64,000 bases of DNA from Acidimicrobiales bacterium (lineage in GTDB: Bacteria > Actinomycetota > Acidimicrobiia > Acidimicrobiales > JAHEJN01). The notes below the pieces were generated by a model that saw only the letters and a list, made by a program, of their open reading frames with translations, searched no databases and was not told where the DNA came from. Positions 41,401-49,695 of the stretch are shown here, one piece after another. Positions within the stretch are counted from its first letter, which is position 1. Every line of letters begins with the position of its first letter. The translations under genes were made by a program, and so were the position numbers. Location of the stretch: assembly GCA_024638845.1 (NCBI GenBank), contig JAHEJN010000005.1, positions 8,468-72,467 of the forward strand. Reading direction: 5' to 3'.

Positions 41401-43965
41401 GGCGAGACCGACGGCGACCTTGTTGTCCCCGGTCAGGCGCTGCAAGCCGAGCGCGCTGGCCGCAACCTGAACCATCGTTGGCGTCACGTGGTGAGCAGCA
41501 CACACCTGACGGAGACGCTCGACCGTCGACTCGCCGAGCTCGATTCGTTCCACCGCCGGCCGAGCGCCAGCCAACCCCGCCGTGGCGGGCACTCGTGTCG
41601 GCCAGTCGAGCTCGACGGGAACATCACGAAAACGATCGGCCCACCACGCGCGGTCGGTCTCGCTCATCGGACGGTGGCGCGAACGAACCCGTGGAGCCGG
41701 GACCTGCCACGACTCGCCGGCGAAGGCCCGGGCCAGGTCATCGAGCACGACTCGGCGGCTGCGCCCATCGAGAACGGCGTGATGGTAGGCGAATCCGAGG
41801 AACCAGCGATCGGTCGACCCGAGGGGCCACAACGCGAAGCGGATCAGCGGGCCTTCGACGAGATCGTAGGACCGAGCAGCGGCGGCCTCGAACTCCGTCC
41901 GTGCCTGGTCGACGTCGAGAACCGCATCATCGTCGATCCACTCGTAGGCCTCGTCGACGTTGAGCGGCACGTAGTCGAGGGTCGGCGCGAAGACGAACGA
42001 CGCGCGCAGGGCTGGGTGGTGCTCGATCACGGTCTCGACCGCACGGCGCAGTCGACCGGCGTCGATCTCGCCTCGGATCGACCAGGCGAAGGCCATGTGG
42101 GAAGCCGCCGGATCGATGCCGAGTCGATCGGCGGCGAGCATCCGTCGCTGGGCCGCCGCAGGTGCCGTCACGCTCTGCATTCGATCGCGTCGACGCCGGG
42201 GCGGCCCGACGCGCAGTGACGCCATTCCCGAGAGCGACGTGTCGCGCAACAGGTCGACCAGTCGCACCTCGAATCCCCAGCGCTGTCCGAGATCGAACGC
42301 AACCGCCATGGCGGCCAACGAGTCGCCTCCGAGAGCGATGAAGTCGTCACTCCTGGCCATGGGCGCGAGCCCCACGGAACGCCACGCATCGGCAACCTCG
42401 GACTCGACCGAATCGAATGGAACGCGTGAACGCGCCGGCGCGCTGCTGCCGAACGACTCCGCCAGCCGATTCCGTTGCACCTTGCCGGTGGGTCCGACGG
42501 GTATCGCCTCGACCAGATGGACGACACGCGGCACCTCTGCGTCCCCCCGCCGAAGCGCAACCTCCTGCTGGAGACGAACGACGGGGATCGATGCGTTCTC
42601 GGTCACCACCGCCGCCGCCACCTGTTCGCCGAGGGTCGGATGCGGCGCAGCGAAGACGACGGCATCGTCGACCCCATCGAGGGAACGCAACACCTCTTCG
42701 ATCGGTCCGGGTGCGATCGTCTCGCCGCCGCGGTTGATCATCTCCCTGGTTCGGCCGACCAGGACCAGATGCCCGTCGGGATCGATTCGACCCAGATCAC
42801 CGGTGCGGAACCAACCGTCGACGAACGCGGCGTCGTTCACCACCGCATCGGCGATGTAGCCTCCCATCACGTTCCGACCTCGGATGACGACATCACCGAC
42901 ACCGCCGGGCTCGAGCGTCCGACCCTCGTCGTCGATCACCCGGATCCGGGCACCGTCGGCGCGTCCGACCGTGCCTCGGCGCAGATCATCGACGGTGTTG
43001 GACGTGATCTGATGGGCCGCCTCGGTCATGCCGTACGCCTCGAGCACCGGCACGCCGAATCGGCGTTCGAGCGACTCGGCCACCGATGCGGGCAGGGCCG
43101 ACGACGACGACCGAACCAGACGAAGACGCTCGGTCCAGGCCGAGTTGTCGCGCGGCGACGCCGTCAGGGCCCGGTGGATCGTGGGGACCGCGGTCACGAA
43201 AGTCGCGCCGAACGACGCGGCCGTGTCGGGGAGCGTGGCAGGATCGAATCGACCGCCGAGGAACACGGCCCCGCCGGCAGCGAGCGGGGCGAGGAGCCCC
43301 GCGACCATGCCATGGATGTGGGTGAGCGGCATGACCGTCAGCGACCGGTCGTCGGCTGCGAGCCCGAGCGATCCGACGATTCGTTCGATCGACGAGACCA
43401 GATTCCCGTGACGGAGGGGTACGACCTTGGGCTCGCCGGTGGTGCCTGACGTGGTCAGCACCAACGCGAGATCGGCGATGTCGTCCTGGGGACCGTGGGC
43501 GGATGGGCGATCGGGCCGACGAAGGCGGAAGCCGTCGTCACGGTGCGGGCTGACCACGGTGAGTCCGAGGTCGTTGGCCACCATTGCGGCCGGCGAGTCG
43601 ACCGTCGCCACCACTGCGGCCACCCGAGTCCGCGTGAAGTGCGCGGCGATCGCGTCGGGCGGGAGATCGGCGCGAACCGGCGCCGCCCCTCCCGCACCCA
43701 TCGCCGCCAGCACGGCCATCGCCAGGTCGGCGCCCTCGGGGAGGCACACACCGATCAGCGCCGAACCGAGCTCGTCTGCCAGCACCGCCGCACCGGCCTC
43801 GACCCGGTCGAGGAGCTCACGACGCGACCAGCCTCCACCCGGCGTGACGACGGCGAGAGCGAGGTCGGAGCCGGGCGCGGTGTGCAGCCGGGCGAGGACC
43901 GTAGGACCGTGCCGATTCACGGCACCCGCAGGTCCGACGTGGACCGATGGTTGCGCCCGCTGCAT
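38440..43965 (-). CDS. Stand-alone NRPS, A-T-C-A-T-TE (1841 aa)
   Basis: A1 TSGTTGEPK/YGMTE/FRTGD; T1 LGGDSL; C HHAVLDG; A2 TSGSTGEPR/NQYGCTE/RSGD/SGKID; T2 GGDSF; TE GNSFGG...GDH. Confidence 0.9.
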   Translation of the reverse strand: MQRAQPSVHVGPAGAVNRHGPTVLARLHTAPGSDLALAVVTPGGGWSRRELLDRVEAGAAVLADELGSALIGVCLPEGADLAMAVLAAMGAGGAAPVRADLPPDAIAAHFTRTRVAAVVATVDSPAAMVANDLGLTVVSPHRDDGFRLRRPDRPSAHGPQDDIADLALVLTTSGTTGEPKVVPLRHGNLVSSIERIVGSLGLAADDRSLTVMPLTHIHGMVAGLLAPLAAGGAVFLGGRFDPATLPDTAASFGATFVTAVPTIHRALTASPRDNSAWTERLRLVRSSSSALPASVAESLERRFGVPVLEAYGMTEAAHQITSNTVDDLRRGTVGRADGARIRVIDDEGRTLEPGGVGDVVIRGRNVMGGYIADAVVNDAAFVDGWFRTGDLGRIDPDGHLVLVGRTREMINRGGETIAPGPIEEVLRSLDGVDDAVVFAAPHPTLGEQVAAAVVTENASIPVVRLQQEVALRRGDAEVPRVVHLVEAIPVGPTGKVQRNRLAESFGSSAPARSRVPFDSVESEVADAWRSVGLAPMARSDDFIALGGDSLAAMAVAFDLGQRWGFEVRLVDLLRDTSLSGMASLRVGPPRRRRDRMQSVTAPAAAQRRMLAADRLGIDPAASHMAFAWSIRGEIDAGRLRRAVETVIEHHPALRASFVFAPTLDYVPLNVDEAYEWIDDDAVLDVDQARTEFEAAAARSYDLVEGPLIRFALWPLGSTDRWFLGFAYHHAVLDGRSRRVVLDDLARAFAGESWQVPAPRVRSRHRPMSETDRAWWADRFRDVPVELDWPTRVPATAGLAGARPAVERIELGESTVERLRQVCAAHHVTPTMVQVAASALGLQRLTGDNKVAVGLAVDHRSSSCDGSVGVTMDSVPVVVDLAASRSTADLLASVRQECLDVYERSDSGLDEIRHAAGRRYGEPILHARVQVRTDTDRLELGRLTVESLSLDPPVARAPVSLDLHLGGSSASLEIVFDPRLVERSVAASYARSFAAIVESLVDAPDCLLEEIGWVSSIDLALVDEWCRGPQGVPGFTTVDDWFRTCVAKWPRRTAVRSFDHDLTFVDLDALVGRVAIALAGRTTEGETIGSVLPGGLEQIVLQLAAWRIGRAVVAVGCDGSERRMATQLTAASVRLVVADVGGAPMPSGHQEVSFDELLTASPPGQLPDSIDPESPAWGCLTSGSTGEPRLSMGTQSNLVHLVHAWHQIVPPDAVGVATVSKPASVVGFLSEWLAPLLSGSALYFLDGVTVRDPFRIALRLNELAVTWYRGTPAMLHAVAGQVLGHVGPNRQVRLVVSGADRLTRGTADAVAEAFPDATIVNQYGCTEATSESTLGPVPQGTRDPDIGRPLANVGLEVIDANGCAVPPGVRGEIVIHGPLVTPSEAGDRGHRSGDLGWWDGAGRLHFVGRRDSRLSVNGNRIDAGEIEHALVSTGLVRSALVMIDPEAPLGASLAALVTPIGHPSAADMRSAVAELLPSFAVLNRIEVVEAIPVLDSGKIDHMTARTLLARSQDTAEVVSLSPDVADICAVVASVLGRSPTTIDPTRSLQANGGDSFAAISLQEQLFDIRGVRLDMAMLVGDRPLAELAADGVASLGGPLPGRLRRICTGHDGRRVIWFPGGGSLDVEVRRLVHHLAAPPEVLVYPYPGSEIGERPNLVLRRLVARIVETLVSLDGPPPVIAGNSFGGVVAVEVVRRLHRRLPGWVEGLLIVDAAPVEQRRRARAASSGRRSLADLRGVVTDRDRDVRDPAVRWRRNTRASRIMLDTHRRSGTVVGVPAVVVATAERRRATGRSDLGWSDHLGENVEVIELPGDHGGLLVEPKVAVTARAVTDALQRLERADS

Positions 43966-44017
43966 CCGCGAGAGTATGGCAGTGAGACGTCACACATGTC
44001 GGGTGGCACGAGCGAAT

Positions 44018-45472
44018 TCAGGTGATCGCCCGCCACGCCTCGGCCAGGCGCTCAGCGGCGTGGTCGAGGTGGTCGGGGGGCTGCACGAACGACATGCGCA
44101 CATGGTTGCGAGCGGAGTCGTCGGGTGACAGCAGGCGCCCGGGCACCACCGCCACACCTCGCTCGAGCGCCTCGGAAGCGAACACCTCGGCGTCGACGCC
44201 CGGCAGCCTCACCCAGAGACTGAGTCCACCGTTGACATCGGCGATCTGCCAGTCGGGCACCCGACTGCGCAGCCCGCCGACGAGCGCGGCCGCCTGGGAG
44301 CTGAGCTGTCGATTGCGCCAGCGGCGTACCTCGTCGTAGTGCTCGGCCAACAGCACCTGGCCGAGCGCTTGGGTCGGCATTGGGCTGCCGAGGTCGCTGA
44401 TGGTCCGAGCCGTGGTGAAGCGGGAGATGACCGACCGGCCGGCCCGGATCCAGGCGAGGCGCAGGCCGCCCCAGAACAGCTTCGACATCGACGCGAGATG
44501 CACCACGTTGGGTGCGGCGGCGAGCGGATGACGGTGCGGATCGGGAAACGGGCGACCGAGATCGAGATCGGCCAGCACCATGTCGTCGACGAACACGACG
44601 TCGGGGAACTGCTCGGTGAGCTCGAGCAGACGGGCGCGTGCCCGGTCGCCGAACCGGAGTCCGGTTGGGTTGTGCACGGTCGTCGCGAGGTAGACCAGCG
44701 ACGGATTGTGGGTGTCGAGAACATCGGCCAGCCGATCGAGATCGGTGCCTCCGGGCGGGATCGTCACCGGTCGCAGGCCGTGACGATGAACCAGGTCGAT
44801 CGCCCCGGCGAAGGTGGTGTCCTCGATCACGACTGCACCGCCGGGCCGCCCGGCCGTCTCGAAGACCACGTCGATGGCCTGCTGGGCACCCGTGGTCACG
44901 AGTATCTGGTCGGGATCGGTGGCCAACCCGAGCCGCTCGGTGTAGTGCTGGGCGATGGTGGTGCGAAAGCTGGGCAGACCGGCCGGGTGATAGCCGTGCG
45001 AGTCCTGCCAACCCGGTGCAACCGAGTCGAGGAGGTGGCCGTGATCGCGTAGGAGGTCGACCACGGGCGGCGCGCAGTCGGGCGCGGCGAGTGTGAGATC
45101 GAACTCCGGTGGCTTGTCGGTGAGCGAGCCGGCGAAGAGCCCATCGATCTTGTGGGGAGCCCCGGGTCGTGATCGGCGAGGCGCCACGGCGGTCCCTGAT
45201 CCCCGTCGGGAGCGAGCCAACCCCAGCTCACCCAGGCGGTGATAGGCCGCGGCCACCGTGTTCCGGCTCACCGCGATCGACGAGGCGAGCTCGCGCTCGG
45301 CCGGCAGCACCGCACCGGCGGGGAGCCGTTCGGTCTCGATGAGGATCTCGAGCTTCTCGGCCAGTGAGCGAAAGAGTGGCCCTTCCCCGGCCCAGTCGCC
45401 GAGCAGGTCGGTGACCTGTCGGGTGGTGACGCGATGGGAGGCCAACTGCTGGCCAATTGGCACTGTGCCCAT
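44018..45472 (-). CDS. MocR/GabR-family GntR regulator with PLP aminotransferase domain
   Basis: LPAERELA..VSRNTV HTH; TTGAQQA, HNPTG, SMSKLFWGGLR. Confidence 0.92.
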   Translation of the reverse strand: MGTVPIGQQLASHRVTTRQVTDLLGDWAGEGPLFRSLAEKLEILIETERLPAGAVLPAERELASSIAVSRNTVAAAYHRLGELGLARSRRGSGTAVAPRRSRPGAPHKIDGLFAGSLTDKPPEFDLTLAAPDCAPPVVDLLRDHGHLLDSVAPGWQDSHGYHPAGLPSFRTTIAQHYTERLGLATDPDQILVTTGAQQAIDVVFETAGRPGGAVVIEDTTFAGAIDLVHRHGLRPVTIPPGGTDLDRLADVLDTHNPSLVYLATTVHNPTGLRFGDRARARLLELTEQFPDVVFVDDMVLADLDLGRPFPDPHRHPLAAAPNVVHLASMSKLFWGGLRLAWIRAGRSVISRFTTARTISDLGSPMPTQALGQVLLAEHYDEVRRWRNRQLSSQAAALVGGLRSRVPDWQIADVNGGLSLWVRLPGVDAEVFASEALERGVAVVPGRLLSPDDSARNHVRMSFVQPPDHLDHAAERLAEAWRAIT

Positions 45473-45487
45473 GGTGCCAATTGTGCC
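45441..45487. promoter_or_regulatory. Putative MocR operator repeats
   Basis: GCCAACTG (45441), GCCAATTG (45452, inside palindrome GCCAATTGGC) and GCCAATTG (45476) around the divergent starts. Confidence 0.6.
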
Positions 45488-45518
45488 ACGCTGAGGGCCG
45501 CTGCAACAGGGAGTACCC

Positions 45519-46952
45519 GTGTCCGACCCGACGTCACCTCCAACCGAGCCCGGCGCCGATTCCGTTCGCGAGGGGTTGCGACAGCGAGACGACCTGCTCG
45601 CCGACGCCGCCGAGCGCGCGCGCCGCTACCTCGGCACCCTCGGCACCCGGTCGGTCGCCCCGTCGACCCGAGCGCTCGACGAGCTGACCCGACTCGAGCA
45701 CCCGCTGCCCGAACACGGGTCGACTCCAGGGGCGGTGCTCGAACAGCTCGATCGCATCGGCTCGCCGGCCACCGTCGCCCAGGCCGGGCCGCGGTACTTC
45801 GGCTTCGTCACCGGTGGCACCCATCCGGCCGCTCTCGCAGCAGCCTGGCTGGCCAACGCCTGGGACCAGAACAACGCGCTGTACGCGATGTCTCCCGTCG
45901 GCAACGCCCTCGACCGGATCGCCATCGACTGGGTGATCGACGCCCTCGGGCTTCCGAACGGGACAGGTGGCGCCTTCGTCACGGGCGCCACGATGGCCAG
46001 TGCCACGGCCCTCGCCGCGGCTCGCGACCACGTGCTCACCGAGGCGGGCTGGGACGCCCATGCCGACGGTCTGATCGGCGCGCCTGCGGTCCAGGTGATC
46101 ACCGGTGCCGAAGCCCACACCACGGTGAGCAAGGCGCTCGGCATCGTGGGCCTCGGCCGATCGCGGGCTCGCCTCCTCCCCACCGACGACCAGGGCCGCA
46201 TCGTCGCCCGCAACCTGCCCGACATCGACGGACCGACCGTCGTGATCCTGCAGGCCGGCAACGTCAACAGCGGCTGCAGTGACCCGTTCCCCGAGCTGAT
46301 CGAATGGGCGCACGCGGCCGGGGCCTGGGTGCACGTCGATGGCGCATTCGGTCTGTGGGCGGCCGCCAGCCCCGCCCGCCGGCGATTCGTCGTGGGGGTC
46401 GATCAGGCTGACTCCTGGGCGACCGACGGTCACAAGTGGCTCAACGTGAGCTACGACTGCGGCATCGCCCTGGTCCGCGATGCGGCCGATCTGCGGGCCG
46501 CGGCGCGGTCCGACGCGCCGTATCTCGTTACCGAAGAGAGTGTCCGCGAGCCGATGCACCTCTCCCCGCAGTCGTCCCAGCGCGCCCGTGGCATCGAGGT
46601 GTGGGCGGTGCTGGCCGCCCTCGGGCGCCAGGGTCTGGCCGAGCTGGTCGACCGCACCTGTGACCACGCCCAGCGCTTCGCCGCTGGTCTGGACGACGCG
46701 GGCTTCTCGGTGCTGAACGATGTCGAGCTCAACCAGGTCGTGGTCGACTTCGGCCCGGCAACCGACGAAATCGTCGCGGCCGTCCAGGCCGAGGGCACCT
46801 GTTGGGCGGGACCGACGACCTGGCGGGGTCGGCGGGCCATGCGACTGAGCGTGAGTTGTTGGGCCACAATGAGCAGCGACGTCGAGCGCAGCCTCGCCAC
46901 CATCGTCTCCATCGCACAGGCGCACACTTCCCGAGAGGAACGCCAGCCATGA
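45519..46952 (+). CDS. Group II PLP-dependent amino acid decarboxylase
   Basis: PRYFGFVTGG, WDQN, WVHVDGAFG, DSWATDGHKWL. Confidence 0.9.
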   Translation: MSDPTSPPTEPGADSVREGLRQRDDLLADAAERARRYLGTLGTRSVAPSTRALDELTRLEHPLPEHGSTPGAVLEQLDRIGSPATVAQAGPRYFGFVTGGTHPAALAAAWLANAWDQNNALYAMSPVGNALDRIAIDWVIDALGLPNGTGGAFVTGATMASATALAAARDHVLTEAGWDAHADGLIGAPAVQVITGAEAHTTVSKALGIVGLGRSRARLLPTDDQGRIVARNLPDIDGPTVVILQAGNVNSGCSDPFPELIEWAHAAGAWVHVDGAFGLWAAASPARRRFVVGVDQADSWATDGHKWLNVSYDCGIALVRDAADLRAAARSDAPYLVTEESVREPMHLSPQSSQRARGIEVWAVLAALGRQGLAELVDRTCDHAQRFAAGLDDAGFSVLNDVELNQVVVDFGPATDEIVAAVQAEGTCWAGPTTWRGRRAMRLSVSCWATMSSDVERSLATIVSIAQAHTSREERQP

Positions 46953-47941
46953 CCTCCGATCCCACCAAGGCGCCGTTCGGTTCCGTCTTCGGCGAGAACC
47001 TGCCGATCTCGTACTACGACGGCGAGTCGTGGAGCGATCCGGTCGTCGTGCCGATCGACTCGGTGACCTTCGGACCTGCGACCCATGCCCTCCACTACTC
47101 GAGCGAGTGTTTCGAAGGCCTCAAGGGTCATCGCCAGCCCGACGGCACGGTGAAGATGTTCCGCCCCCAGAAGAACATCACCCGCTTGCGAAACAGCACC
47201 GAACGGCTCTTCCTGCCCAAGCCGCCGGTCGAGTTGTGCGAGAGCCTGTTCGGCCTGGCCGTCGAGCACAATGCCGAGGTCACGCCCGACCCACCCGGTT
47301 CGCTGTACGTGCGCCCCACCATCATCGGCACCGAACACAACATCGGAGCCGCGGGTCGACCATCGAGGACAGCGGCGTTCTACGTGATCACCAGCCCGGT
47401 CGGTGAGTACCTGCCCCCTCACGCGCTACGCATCGTGGTCGAGACGGTGCACCCGCGAACCACGCCACAATTCGGCGTGGTGAAGAGCGGCGCCAACTAC
47501 GCCATGGCGCTCAGTCCCCTCCTGGCCGCCAAGCGCGATTGGAACGCCGACCAGGTGCTGTTCGCTCCCGGCGGCCTCATCGAGGAGACCGGCGCGGCCA
47601 ACTTCCTGCTGATCGACGAGGGCCATGTGCTCACCTCGGCGCTGTCGGAAGCCTTCCTCCACGGCGTGACCCGCGACTCGGTGCTCCAGGTGGCTCGGTC
47701 GCTCGGTTGGAAAGCCGAGGAGCGCGACGTGTCGATCGACGAGCTTCGTGAGTGGGCGGCACGCCCCACCGGCGAGATGGCACTGGCGGGCACGGCCGCC
47801 ATTCTGGGCGGGGTCGGAGAGCTGGTGCTCGAGGGTGAGATCGTCACCGTGGGCACCGGCCAGACCGGCCCCACCACCACGATGCTGCGAACCATGCTCA
47901 CCGAGATCCAGCAGGGGTTGCGCCCCTTCACCTTCCGCTGA
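46949..47941 (+). CDS. Class IV (branched-chain) aminotransferase
   Basis: ALHYSSECFEGLK, SLYVRP, KSGANY, EETGAAN, LHGVTR, GTAA; ATGA overlap with the decarboxylase. Confidence 0.9.
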   Translation: MTSDPTKAPFGSVFGENLPISYYDGESWSDPVVVPIDSVTFGPATHALHYSSECFEGLKGHRQPDGTVKMFRPQKNITRLRNSTERLFLPKPPVELCESLFGLAVEHNAEVTPDPPGSLYVRPTIIGTEHNIGAAGRPSRTAAFYVITSPVGEYLPPHALRIVVETVHPRTTPQFGVVKSGANYAMALSPLLAAKRDWNADQVLFAPGGLIEETGAANFLLIDEGHVLTSALSEAFLHGVTRDSVLQVARSLGWKAEERDVSIDELREWAARPTGEMALAGTAAILGGVGELVLEGEIVTVGTGQTGPTTTMLRTMLTEIQQGLRPFTFR

Positions 47942-47966
47942 CACAGCGCCGACCTAGCCTGCGGCG

Positions 47967-48788
47967 GTGGCCGTACTGCTCGCATCGTTGTCGTCGCTCA
48001 CGTGGGGCATCTCGGACTTCGTCGGCGGGATGACGACCCGGCGGGTCGCCGTCTTCGTCGTCGTCTTCTGGTCACAACTCGTCGGACTCGCGGTCGCGGG
48101 CGCAGCCGCGCCGCTCTTCGATGGATCGTTGTCGGCAGAGTCGGCCCTGTGGGGTGCCCTCGGTGGCCTCGGTGGCTCGGTCGGGATCCTGGCGCTCTAC
48201 CGGGGGCTGGCCAGGGGTCGGGCGGCCGTCGTCGCCCCGGTGGCCGCCGTAATCGGCGCCGCGGTTCCGCTGGTGGTCGGTGTCGCCACCGGCGACCGGC
48301 CGGTGGTCACCGCATGGATGGGCATCGGGTTGGCGTTGCCGGCGATCTGGCTCGTGTCGAGGTCACACCGGCACGAGTCGGCGGTCGGCCTCGGTGACGG
48401 GGTCGTCGCCGGGCTGGGTTTCGGCGCGTTCTTCGTGTTCCTGGCCTTCACGGCCGACGATGCCGGGCTGTGGCCACTGGTACCCGCCCGAGCCGCCTCG
48501 ATCACGATGGTCGGCCTCGCGCTCCTTCTCCGACGGGAGAACCCGCGGCCGCACGTATCGCCGCTGCTCGTCGGCGGCATCGTGGTCGCGGGAGCCGGTG
48601 ACATGTTGGCCAACATGCTCTACCTGGGTGCCACCCAGCGCGGCCTGCTGAGCGTGGTCGGGGTGGTCGCTTCGCTCTACCCCGCGGTCACTGTGGCCCT
48701 GGCTCGTGCCTTCGGTGAGCGAGTCGTCGCCACGCAATGGCTCGGCGTGGCTCTGTCGCTGGCGGCCGTGGGTCTCATCGCGGCGTGA
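47967..48788 (+). CDS. EamA/DMT family exporter
   Basis: WGISDFVGG, VVAPVAA, SLYPAVTV; about 10 TM helices. Confidence 0.88.
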   Translation: MAVLLASLSSLTWGISDFVGGMTTRRVAVFVVVFWSQLVGLAVAGAAAPLFDGSLSAESALWGALGGLGGSVGILALYRGLARGRAAVVAPVAAVIGAAVPLVVGVATGDRPVVTAWMGIGLALPAIWLVSRSHRHESAVGLGDGVVAGLGFGAFFVFLAFTADDAGLWPLVPARAASITMVGLALLLRRENPRPHVSPLLVGGIVVAGAGDMLANMLYLGATQRGLLSVVGVVASLYPAVTVALARAFGERVVATQWLGVALSLAAVGLIAA

Positions 48789-48790
48789 GC

Positions 48791-49594
48791 TCAACCGTCG
48801 CCGAAGGCCGCGTCGCGATCGGACCGAGAGAGCAGTTCCGGCCAGTAGGTCACCTCGCCGTCGAGGAGCGCCCGAGCCACTCGGGTCAAGGTCCCGTAGG
48901 CGGCGCCGGCGAGGGCGCCGCCGGTGGATGCACGCCGCACCCCAGCGTCGCCCAGCTCCGCCGGTGTCGGACCGCCGGGGAACAACAGTACGTTCACCGG
49001 AAGGCCGACCTCGCCGACGACCCGACGGATCTCACCCAGATCGGTCAGTCCGGGCGCGTAGACGGCGTCGGCGCCGGCGTCACGGAAGGCACACAGACGT
49101 TCGATCGTGTCGTCGAGATCACCGCCGCCGTAGAGCTTGTTCTCGGCGCGAGCCGTGAGCAGCATCGGATGCTCGACGCGATGTGCGGCCTCGGCCGCCG
49201 CCGCGCAGCGCTCGACGGCCTTTCCGAGCGGGTCGATCGTGTTCGTCTCGGGATCGAAGTCCTCGATCGAGAGCCCGGCTGCGCCGGTCTGCGCAATGAG
49301 CGACACGGTCTCGGCGACCGCCTCGGCGGTGGCTGCGAAGCAACGCTCGGCGTCGACGTTCACCGGGATGTCGATGGCAGAAACGATCGCCGCGACATGA
49401 TCCAGGAGTTCCGAGCGGGTCACCTGTTGGTCGAGCCTGCCCAGCGCCGCCGCGTGACCCGAGCTCGTGGTGGCGACAGCAGCGAACCCGAGGAACTCGA
49501 GCAATCTGGCCGAACCCACATCCCACGGATTCGGGAGCAGGAACAGGTCGTTGGCCGCATGCAGGGCGGCGAATCGTTCATAGGCCGTGGTCAT
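48791..49594 (-). CDS. Isocitrate lyase/PEP mutase superfamily protein
   Basis: LPNPWDVGSAR, ATTSSG, PVNVDAE, SIED, TARAE, AGADAVYAPG. Confidence 0.9.
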   Translation of the reverse strand: MTTAYERFAALHAANDLFLLPNPWDVGSARLLEFLGFAAVATTSSGHAAALGRLDQQVTRSELLDHVAAIVSAIDIPVNVDAERCFAATAEAVAETVSLIAQTGAAGLSIEDFDPETNTIDPLGKAVERCAAAAEAAHRVEHPMLLTARAENKLYGGGDLDDTIERLCAFRDAGADAVYAPGLTDLGEIRRVVGEVGLPVNVLLFPGGPTPAELGDAGVRRASTGGALAGAAYGTLTRVARALLDGEVTYWPELLSRSDRDAAFGDG

Positions 49595-49695
49595 GACCGC
49601 GATGGTCGCACCCCGGGGCGCGGGCGTCGACAAGAGGGGAACCCTCCGCTGGTGTCCGTCGCACGGCCTGGCGTCGTCGTGGGACACTGCGGGCG

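Noticed and set aside
48791-49594. ICL/PEPM protein as an oxaloacetate acetylhydrolase supplying oxalate to the NRPS
   Set aside because: Attractive, but it lacks the K.CGH gating loop after IED; it looks like the common uncharacterised short subgroup.
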